A DNA stretch of 58,899 nt, counting the filler, from Sphacelaria rigidula (taxonomy: Eukaryota), in NCBI GenBank assembly GCA_964200075.2. It is 9 parts of 9 records of this genome, joined end to end, with 100 filler letters (N's around TTAATTAATTAA, not from the genome) between each part and the next. Parts side by side here need not be neighbours in the genome. Positions count along the whole stretch, not along the records: positions 13,113 to 19,568 come from CAXNAA020019967.1; positions 19,669 to 26,124 come from CAXNAA020019968.1; 7 more parts are not named here. One strand, 5' to 3'. Below, piece after piece: positions 13,485-22,900 of the stretch (positions are counted from its first letter, which is position 1; every line of letters begins with the position of its first letter). The translations under genes were made by a program, and so were the position numbers. The notes under the pieces are model-generated. The model saw only the letters and a list, made by a program, of their open reading frames with translations. It did no database searches and was not told the origin of the DNA.

Positions 13485-14319
13485 TTTCGTGTGGAAACCG
13501 CTTCCCATGTGGAGATGGATCAGCCATGACGGGAATGGGAAACTCTGAACCACGCTTAAGTTTTTTTCCCTGAAATTATGACACGATGTGCTTTAGCCAT
13601 GTTCAACGACCCTAATCCCCCCCCCCCTCTCCCCCTTGTCTTGTTTTTCAATGAGTTCTCAAGGATTTTGTCCCGAAACAAGCCTGTTCCGAAATTTGGA
13701 TTACCGATAACTCACGAAAAACGAACACAAAAAAGTGAAGGGTTAACAGGAGGGACTTTGTACATACGTTTTGTGCATCGTGTCAAAATTTCAAGGTAAG
13801 CGACTGAAAATTGAGCAGCGCAACCACGCTTTTCTGGTGAAAACCGGTTGACTTGCTATTGGGGTACAACAACCTCCGCCGGAACTTTGACGTTCTGTAC
13901 AAGCTTTTTCACCCACTACTCACTGGTTTGCACGCTACCATCAGACGCCTTGGCGCGCTGGAGGCCTCGTCTGCGTGCCATCTCAGACACTGCGCACATT
14001 CAGTACGACATGCATTGTGGTACAACCACAACTTGGGTAGCACCACCACTTTGCGGCCGCGGCACAACCGACTGCAACCGAAAATACGATTTCAGCCGGT
14101 TTTTTTTCCCTCATCCCGCCGCATATGTCACCCTCAACTGTCTACACGTCGCAGCTGACTACAGTTTGGTATTTCGTTTGGTGGGAACTTGTCGGATCGC
14201 AGTGCTACGTGGAGAGAAAGACGCGCGTTGATTTGTTGACCACCACGATGTGTTATTGTAGGCACAACTTGCGATGCATCGCCAATTAGAACTGCCTGAA
14301 GGAAAGTCGCCTAATAGGG

Positions 14320-15985
14320 CGGTCCAGCATGTATAACGTACGGAACATGTCCAGAAAAAAAAATTCAGCCATGGCTGATGAGGGTGTATGGAAGACAGTA
14401 AGGAAAGGGCAGGGTGGAATAAGGTGGGGAAGCGTAGTCGAGAACGTATGGAGGGATATGAGAGGAAACCAAGAAGAGATAATGTCCATAGGTGAATGTG
14501 AGAAGATTGGAAAAACAAAAAAAAGGGGGTAAGACAAAAAGTGAACGAGGAAGAGCACCCGAAGATATACCGGGGGTTGAAACATGGGATAGGGATGAAA
14601 ACGTATTTGCACGCCCCGATGACTACCCGAAAAAATTCACGGTTCGAACGAATTAGAGTTCATACAGGTTGACTCCTCATGAATGTTGAGTGCGAATCAT
14701 GTACCAAAGAGTCATCCGGTACGAATCACAGATGGTGGAAGTTGTACGTTCAAGGCCATACCGCACGAATCATGGACTGATAATGTGTATACTTCGGGTT
14801 GTGTAACACGAGTCAGGATTGGGAATCACGTACGAATCACGGTCCATGTGCGAATCACTGGTGGGAAACACATACTCATGATTCATCCTGCATAAACTGA
14901 AGGGTGGGGAACATGTACCTATGATTCATCCGTGAAAAATGGAAGGTGGGAAACATGTCCCGTTCATTCACTTCTCGCGAATTGCAGGTGGGAGGGATGT
15001 ACGTGTGATTCACGCCCTATCAAATGATAGGTGAAGACCATGTACCGACGGCTCATACCGTACAAGTGCATGTGCCATCCCGCATGAAGCAAAGGGCGGG
15101 AAACATGTACAGTTTATTCATCTCGCACGAACTACGCGTGGGAGAGATGTACATGCCGCTCACGTTGTATGAAATGACATGTGATAAACACGTGACGACA
15201 ATTCATACTGTGCAAAATGCATGAGGAAAAACATGTACAAGTGATTCATCCCGCATAAAGCAAAGGGGATTGATGTGTGTGCCCATGATCACGCCGTGTG
15301 AGAGGAAGGTAGGACACATGTACCTTCGACTGTGTACCGCAGAATCACGAACTCGGAATGTGTACACTCCAATTAGTGTCGCACGAATCACGAACCTATA
15401 ACATGTACAAATCACAAATAATGGACGAATCGTATGATTGATTCGTCCAAATGTTGATTATGAGTTGGATCATGATTTTATTCGTCCGAATCGTGAAAAG
15501 GTTGGAAGTAAGGTCTCGGGTGGGGGACCTGGACCTGCCAGGGAGAAGAAAGAGATATAGCGATAGTAGGGTGGAGGAGGTACATGCAAGGAATTGCCCC
15601 TGCGGCAAAGCAAAACAACAGAGAGTAGAGTTCATGTAGCGGGAGAATGTGAAGTACAGTATACAAGGAAGAACGGGACGTGTTGGAGGGAGAAATGTTG
15701 GAAATAAACGAAGTGAGATCAAATCGTCAGGTATATTAGATTGTAGCGAGAAAACGGTCCCTGACCTATGAGATAAATTGTGGCGGCCACAGGCGGGGAA
15801 ACAGGAAGGGGATGAGATATGTCAACGGTTGTGTGTCATGTATGGAAAAACCGTGACGAGCGCCCAAATGTTGAAGGTGTCTCTATTAGAAGTAGGAACT
15901 GTCCTCCGCCTCAAGAAGGATGGACAGTCAATGGTCAAACGACTAAGGTGAGCAACAAATTTTTATCCCCCCTCCCTCCCCTCCT
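14320..15985 (+). mobile_element. Decayed LINE 3' portion (ORF2 C-terminus with CCHC knuckle) ending in a C-rich tail; interrupted by a TIR element
   Basis: Fragments read VWKTVRKGQGGIRWGSVVENVW, KIYRGLKHGIGMKTYLH, then [insertion], then RVGDLDLPGRRKRY..CPCGKA..(frameshift)ESRVHVAGEC..VWKNRDERPNV. The C-x-C...H-x4-C pattern resembles the LINE ORF2 zinc knuckle. Related copies lie at 28395-28615 and 29905-30062. Confidence 0.7.
14636..15497. mobile_element. Non-autonomous TIR DNA transposon filled with a degenerate ~42-bp tandem repeat, nested in the LINE
   Basis: Termini TTCACGGTTCGAACGAATTAGA vs reverse complement TTCACGATTCGGACGAATAAAA. Internal units resemble GGTGGGAAACATGTACCTATGATTCATCCCG. 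The LINE-like coding sequence resumes immediately after the element. Confidence 0.75.
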
Positions 15986-16015
15986 TCCACACACACGGTG
16001 AACACATTTTTCTAA

Positions 16016-16133
16016 ATCCGCGTTTTTCCACACGCGGGGTGGTTGTACCGACTTTTTTTTTTTTTTCATGAATGGAATCAATATCTCGAGCGTGCGACTT
16101 CGTCATTTTCGGTAACCATGGAGGTCTGAGAAT
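16016..16133 (+). repeat. ~120-bp dispersed direct repeat (second copy 17449-17568)
   Basis: CACGCGGGGTGG..GTACCGAC..GGAATCAATATCTCGAGCGTGCGA..CGGTAACCA(T/C)GGAGGTCTGA occurs twice. Confidence 0.75.
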
Positions 16134-16872
16134 GCACGATCGGCGCAACCCGTGGCCGCTCCAGTACGGGGCGGAGCCCCCCGGATCTCACCCATCGGGG
16201 GGGACGTGCTCGGGCGCGTCAGCGCTCCCCGGTTGCCGGATGCGGCTCACTTTGCGTAAGTAACACTACTCACTTCTCACAGGAGTGCTTCCGGCGAAGA
16301 AACTGGCTCTCGTGGTGACCACCGCAACACAGCGTGGTCGCTGGCATCCATGGTGTCAAGTCCGATGGACCAACCGGGGTCCGCCTCACCTGTCCAGCGA
16401 AAGCTGTTCGTCTCTTTGACGTTTAGTTCGAGGTAGCTTCTTTCGTGGGGTCGGTGCTCCTTGCCCTGCCCACACTCTTTCTTCTGCGCGGTCCAGAGGT
16501 GCTGCCCGTCGGGTGACCGATCGGGGTCGGGTTCGCGGGGGTGGTGTGGGTGAGCGATGTACTGGTGCACTTGCCCGCATGATCCTCGGGGGCTGCCAAC
16601 GGTCTCTCCTTTGTTAGAGCTCCCATCTGTGAGATTCCTGAGCGTCGGTTGGGCTAGAATAGTCTTGGTTCGCACCATGCTGCGCTGGCTGGCGGCCCGT
16701 GTACGCATGCTCGCGGGGAAAATTGAGCTCGCGGGGTTCCCGCGTGGACGGAGCTAATATTGAGGGGGCCGGGGAATCAATATAACGATCGTTCCGCAGA
16801 GGATAGCTAATATTGAGGGGGCCGAGGAGGAACAACTCGTTTTCGTACCTGTTGTATGCCGTATAAAAAATC

Positions 16873-17441
16873 AGCCTGGTCCGGCAAAAACTCGGCGTGC
16901 TCCGTCCCGGCTTTGTAGGGACGGACCCCCGATGGGGTTGGCGTCGATTGACGATGATGCTGAGAAATACGCCACTTACTACGTAAGCTACGCAACCAGG
17001 TTACCGTTTTTTTTGCGCGCTTGCTTTTTTATTTTTGCGGTCACCATGATGATGATCGAGCTGGATCATGTTGTGCGGTGTGGGAAAACCTCAATTCCGC
17101 ACAAAGGAGATGATCGTACTACGTGGTGTCGAAACGGTGAGACACCCATGAGGCAGTGTATCAGCCATGGCTGTCTCTGGAAGTGGCGATACCAGAAAAT
17201 GAAGCAACTCATTGTAGGCTGTTATCCAAATACAAGATACTCAGTAGGCCTCGGTCCGAACCATCTCAGCAGGATGCAGCCCACCCTTTATGCGACTCGC
17301 CGAACACACCACGGTGCTTCACGCTTGGTGGTTGGATGCGAGCCTGGTCTAGCGAAAACCCGGCGTGCTCCTTCCCGGCTTTGTAGGGATGCGAGGTCAA
17401 TGATCTTATGACTATGGCTTGCATGATTACGAGCACACCCC
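16873..17441 (+). mobile_element. Family A non-autonomous retroelement (~570 bp), apparently full length, with a C-rich tail
   Basis: Collinear with 23283-23878. A ~49-bp segment at the 5' end is repeated at 17341-17389. The 3' ~70 nt are shared with the LINE tail. Confidence 0.75.
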
Positions 17442-18303
17442 TTCTAACCCCGTTTTTTTCAACACGCGGGGTGGCCGTACCGACCGTGTTTTGTCTTTTT
17501 CGTGAACGGAATCAATATCTCGAGCGTGCGAGTTCGTGATTCTCGGTAACCACGGAGGTCTGAAAATGTTCTCCACCCTCGGGGGTGCTATCCTCCGTCA
17601 TCATCTGTACCCGTGTATGTCGAACCTTGGGAGTATTTCCGTCGCCCATGGTGAGACCGTTCGATCATGTTTCTCCAAAGAAGTCATGGGGAAAGCAATA
17701 TTCAGACTATGCAGCAAATGCACGGATCGTTGCAAGTGTAAGCATCTGAGTTGAGTGAAGACAGTGTAGATGATGTATATGTTGGAGATGATGTATATGA
17801 TGAAGATGAATGTGACACCCATATGCAGACTTCATTTATGTGTATATGCCTGTATCGCAGGATGTGCTCTGTGCAAGCGAGGCGAGTCTACCAGCTCAGA
17901 CTTGAGAGCGCAAAAAAACAATATTTATGGATGAAATGCGTCAGCCCCGAGTGCAGTGAGTCTTGTCGGTTTTCGAGTGACTCCGTGTGTCAAACACGAC
18001 TTACTCTTGACGTGGTTTTAATATACAAGTACTTCTGCAGTGAACATGCCTTCTCCTTGTCAGCGTGTGAAAGTTCACCCCAATGGTCAAATGACTAAGG
18101 CAAGCAACAAATGAGTACGCCCCCCCTTCGCCCCTTCCTCCCCCCTATATCCACCAGACTGATAAGCTTGTTTTGTATGTGTATTTTCTCTCATAGCGTA
18201 GAAATAAATATTTCGCGATCCTCTCCAGTTCGCGCTGTACGGCAGGCAGTTGCCATGATATATTCCGAATGAGAGCAGGGTGTACGTGTTCGCGCGTCGA
18301 CAG

Positions 18304-18408
18304 GTTTTGGATGAGGCGGATCGGTTGCTGCAGACGGACAGCTTGGGCGAAATCATGAAGATATTCAAGAGGTTGCCCCAGCACGGTGTTGGAGACTTAC
18401 GGCTGCAG
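18304..18408 (+). CDS. DDX1: DEAD-box RNA helicase exon (motif II), DDX1-like
   Basis: CAG acceptor; translates VLDEADRLLQTDSLGEIMKIFKRLPQHGVGDLRLQ. The P....RLQ spacing before motif III resembles DDX1. The putative donor is GC (CAG/gcacgt). Confidence 0.7.
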
Positions 18409-19340
18409 GCACGTGACGAGATATTTTTGTTTCTTCATCAACACACCAGTCCAATCGAAGAGCTCCGACTCGCGGTCAAAAAACGAGTCCAGGGTTATGT
18501 GTTCGCTTTTTCCAGGGTGTCGTTTCTTTTTCCCGCTGGAGGATAAGGGTCAACCACGAGTGTAATGGAACGACGTAGTATCATTATCCAAATCACAGTC
18601 TCGGGAGGGAGGATTTGATCCAGTCATTCTCCACTAGTGTTTGTGCGGGAATATAACGTGAGTATGTACGAAGCTTAAACCGTTGAAATACACGCTGGTT
18701 TATTGAAGAGGCCATGTTTTATTGTGAAATAAAAAATATTCACATGGGTGGCAAGCAGTTTCTATCTGATTCTGTAATCGACTTCGTAATTGTCGCGTGG
18801 CCGACATTTGGACGAAGGAAGGAAGGCAAGGGTACTGAGCATCATGGCAATATATCAACGTGTATTGTAGTGTAAAACGCTGCAGCCGCAGTATCCGTCT
18901 CCTTCTCCCCTGAAAAGCACAGGTCCAGCGGATGATATCGTAGGTAGCAAACGTGTACTTGACTTAATGTAGCCTTCTAGTGAAGGACAGTAACATTATT
19001 TTCAAACATGCTCGAGACTCATGAAGATCACCTGCGAAACCGTAAAGAAGTAGTACAAAGTAGCGGAGGTATGAGTGAAGAAGCTGGACGAGGTATCCTG
19101 TAGTTAGACCCCTTGCTTCAGCGTCAATATAATGCCCTCTTCTAATATATTTGGGGCAAACCAAAAGGATCCTCACTCCGTTTGATGAAGGGGTCTGGTC
19201 CTCTGGGTGGGCGGAGCCTTGGCTGTTGTCCGCAAGAATTAAGAACGAGCGGTGCTTATCTCGTTCTCACTTGACACTGTGAAAAACAGTACAGAGTGCT
19301 ATCCAGCACTAGTACACCTCCACTCCCCTCCGACAGTCCC

Positions 19341-19568
19341 CTTTGAGGATTGGCATCGGATGGCGATGACGCTGTAAAGCACACCACTCACTGCGTGAGC
19401 TAGGCGACCAGGTTGTCGTTTTTCTTGTCTCCATCTTGAAAGTGATGCGTGGTCGATGGTCAAACGACTAAGGCAAGCAACATATGAGAATGCCCCCCCC
19501 CCTGTGATGGTGAGGCACCCATGAGGCAGTGTATAAGCTGTGGCTGTCTCGGGAAGTGGCGATACCAG
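19341..19568 (+). repeat. Stack of family A fragments and a LINE tail separated by C-runs; truncated by the contig end
   Basis: Family A internal piece 19341-19428, LINE tail 19430-19503 ending in C10, and a family A piece 19505-19568. Confidence 0.7.
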
Positions 19569-19668
19569 NNNNNNNNNNNNNNNNNNNNNNNNNNNNNNNN
19601 NNNNNNNNNNNNTTAATTAATTAANNNNNNNNNNNNNNNNNNNNNNNNNNNNNNNNNNNNNNNNNNNN

Positions 19669-19917
19669 GTGCTCCGTCCCGGCTTTGGAGGGATGTGAGG
19701 TCAATGGTCTTATGACTATGGCATGCATGATCATGAGTACACTCTAGCCCCCGATACTCCGTCTCGAAAGGGATGCATAACTAAGGCGAGTAACAAATGA
19801 GAACCCCTCCCCCCCCCCCTCACCCCCGCTCCGTCGCTCCGTCTCGAAAGGGATGCGTGGTCAATGGTCAAATGACTAAGGCAAGCAACAAATGAGTACG
19901 CCCCCCCCTCACCCCCT
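19669..19917 (+). repeat. Three tandem poly(C)-tailed 3' ends (one family A, two LINE type)
   Basis: 19669-19752, 19757-19828 and 19836-19917, each ending TGAG(T/A)AC followed by a C-tract. Confidence 0.8.
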
Positions 19918-19935
19918 GCGCGCGCAACCGGACAG

Positions 19936-22900
19936 GCTCGAAAAAAGTGATGATATAGACATCGTGGTAGGGGAATGGAGAGCAGAGGGCGACGCTGCAG
20001 GGGGTGGTGGTGCAGCAACTCCTTCGCTGGAGCATGGTGATGATATGTCGGCGGTACGGGAGCTGGAGTACATGCACCCTGTCAAGTCGCGTTTCCCCGG
20101 TATGCCGTCGCACGCGAAGACGTTCAAGACACAGCGGATTCACTACGATGCCGATAGTGATCGGCTGAACTTGATTGAGGAGAGTCGATTCAAGGGGATT
20201 CCCTATGCGAACTACTTTTCAGGTATTTTTCGTTTTTTCTTCTTCCAAGTTACGGTATTGTCGAAAAAATGACGAAGAAAAGAGAGCACTGCCTTAGAGC
20301 TACTATTTTGTTTTTTTTGCATGAGTATGATTTTGTTCTACTATAATAATAATAATGATGATGTTTGAACAAATATGAGCGAAGACAATTTTTGTTGTGC
20401 TCTTATTCCGTGGTATACGTAAGTCTCAGTGTTTCACTTATGTGAAATACGGTGTAATAGTCATTATGCATTGTTCCGCCACCAGAAAATTATTTGTTGT
20501 TCGTCTGCAAGAGAAGGGTTGTTTTTTACGTCAAGTGTGTCATGGGAAGACTTCTGGGTCGCAGCAGAGCCTTGGACTACATGAAAGTGTGTACGTGTGT
20601 GTACGTGTGTTCAATCGTGTTTTTTACGGCTTGCCTCGGCATTGCTGGGTCTGTGTATAATCAACCGATCACGTTTTTGTTTCATGCCACTGTCTCTTAT
20701 CTATGTGTGTGTGTGTGTTTTTTTTTCTCTCTCTCGCGCGCACGCCGCTGCGCGTTCGTTGTTTCATGGCCATCCAAAATCATAAGTGCACACACATTGG
20801 GCTGTTCATCCGGTGCAAGACGCCACCGACGGTGACGATGATAGTGCACATGCTATGGACGGACACCGCGGTTCGCCCCGCGCGGGTCGAACGGCACTAT
20901 TTTCGGAGGTCTCGGTGGCGGTGGGAGTAAGCTGGAAGAAACGAACCGTCTTGCGCGGCAAGGTGCGTACTGTACCATTCTGGCAAAGCATCAACGCATC
21001 CCTCTTCGTCTCCGCTTCGTCTGTCTGTCGCCCTTGCTCCCGCATCTGCACTATGAAATCAGCACGTGTTATTGGGCATCATATGTCGCGTGGGCATGCC
21101 ACGATATGTCACGCTGAAGTGCAATGTTGGGCTGATTTTGTGCGCTCTATATACATGAAATATTAAGTCCTACGGGTTGCACATGACGGAACGCAGGGCG
21201 GATATGCGCAACGCTGTCGACACAAGAACGGCCGCCTGGGGCGAGAGAGACAAAACTTGCCGTACACGTGCTGTTTTTTTTCTTCCTTTTCCTCAAGAGA
21301 TGTGTGTCGGGAAAAGGGGGAAGGAGAAACATTGCAAGGGCAGGTCGAGTAGAGTATACTCAATACTCAGTATTTTTTAAGAGTCATACTTTTAGTACTC
21401 AAATTTTGAGTAGATTATTGGAAGCCGTACTCAACGTACTCGAAATTTGAGTAGAGTATTTGAGACCATACTCAACCTACTCAAAATTTGAGTAGAGTAT
21501 TGAGGTCATATTCAAGTGATACTCTATACTCAAGTATCACTGAGAGTGCTTACTCGAAGTTTGACTAGAGTATTTGAGGTCGTACTCGACCTACTCAAAA
21601 TTTGAGCAGAGTATTTGAGACCATACTCAACCTTTTCAAATTTTGAGTAGACTATTTGAGACCATACTCGACCTACTCAAAAACTGAGTAGAGTATTGAG
21701 GTCATACTCAAGTGATACTCTATACTCCAGTATCACTGAGAGTGCTTACTCAATATTTGAGTAGAGTATTTGAGACCGTACTCAACGTACTCAAAATTTG
21801 AGTAGAGTAGTGAGGTCGTACTCGACCTACTCAAAATTTGAGTGGAGTATCTGAGGTCGGATCCGATGTACCGAAAACCTATAACTTCGACTTCGATATT
21901 CAAGTTCGTACGCAAGATACTCAAACTCGGGTAGAGGAAGTACCGAGGTATTTCTAGAGGTGCCTACCCATGATGAGTGTTGATTCAAGGTCAAACTGTC
22001 TTGTCAAACCGTAGCCAGTAGAGTCGCTCATTTTGATAATACCTACTCGATTCCTCGAGTACTCGTTTACTCGATGATGATGAGTAGCGCTCTGTACTGA
22101 AAGTGATACCGAAGGCGTTAAGAGGTATCCAGTATGAAGTGCCGTAGGTGGGGGCTGGTGAGATGGGGCGCTGGGGCAAGTAGGTTCGTTCACCTGCGCG
22201 CTTCTTGATTTTTTTATGGCCATCATTCGCTCGTACTCCTTGTTGGCTGTGATGTAATGCCACCCATCTAATTGATGGCCATCGTTCGCCCATGTATTCA
22301 ACATAGTCTGTAAACTGACGTCACGAAGTCGCCGACTATCAGGGGTACTCACCATACCCAAGGAGTACTCTATACTCAAGTATTACTGAGAGTGCTTGCT
22401 CAATATTTGAGTAGAGTATTTGAGACCATACTCAACGTACTCGAAATTTGAGTAGAGTATTTGAGGCCATGCTCGACCTACTCAAAATTTGAGTGGAGTA
22501 TCGAGGTCATACTCAAGTGATACTCTATACTCGAGTATTACTGGGAGTACTTACTCGAAGTTTGACTAGAGTATTTGAGGTCGTACTCGACCTACTCAAA
22601 ATTTGAGCAGAGTATTTGAGACCATACTCGACCTACTCAAAATCTGAGTGGAGTATTGAGGTCATACTCAAGTGATACTCTATACTCAAGTATTACTGAG
22701 AGTGCTTACTCGATATTTGAACAAGTAGAGTATTGGAGGCCGTTATCAAAATTTGAGTAGAGTATTTGAGTTCGTACTCAACCTAGTCAAGTTTTGAGTA
22801 GAGTATTTGAGGCCATACTCGATCTACTTAAACGTCGAGTAGAGTAAACACTTGAGTATTTTACTCGAGTACTCTAAAGTACATACTCTACCCGACCTAC

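Noticed and set aside
14680..15420. 42-bp periodic region as a CRISPR array or a 14-aa repeat protein
   Set aside because: The whole unit is degenerate rather than repeat-plus-spacer, frames are broken by stops, and it is bounded by TIRs.
16932..17411. 159-aa ORF in family A as a real gene
   Set aside because: The second copy has stops and frameshifts in the same region, so the frame is not conserved.
16873..17441. Hammerhead ribozyme (retrozyme) in family A
   Set aside because: I could not find the CUGANGA plus GAAA core on either strand by eye. Other ribozyme classes were not excluded.
21395..22830. Palindromic ~41-bp repeats as a CRISPR array
   Set aside because: Units are contiguous with no unique spacers, there are no cas genes, and the arrays lie inside a TIR/TSD-bounded transposon in a eukaryotic intron.
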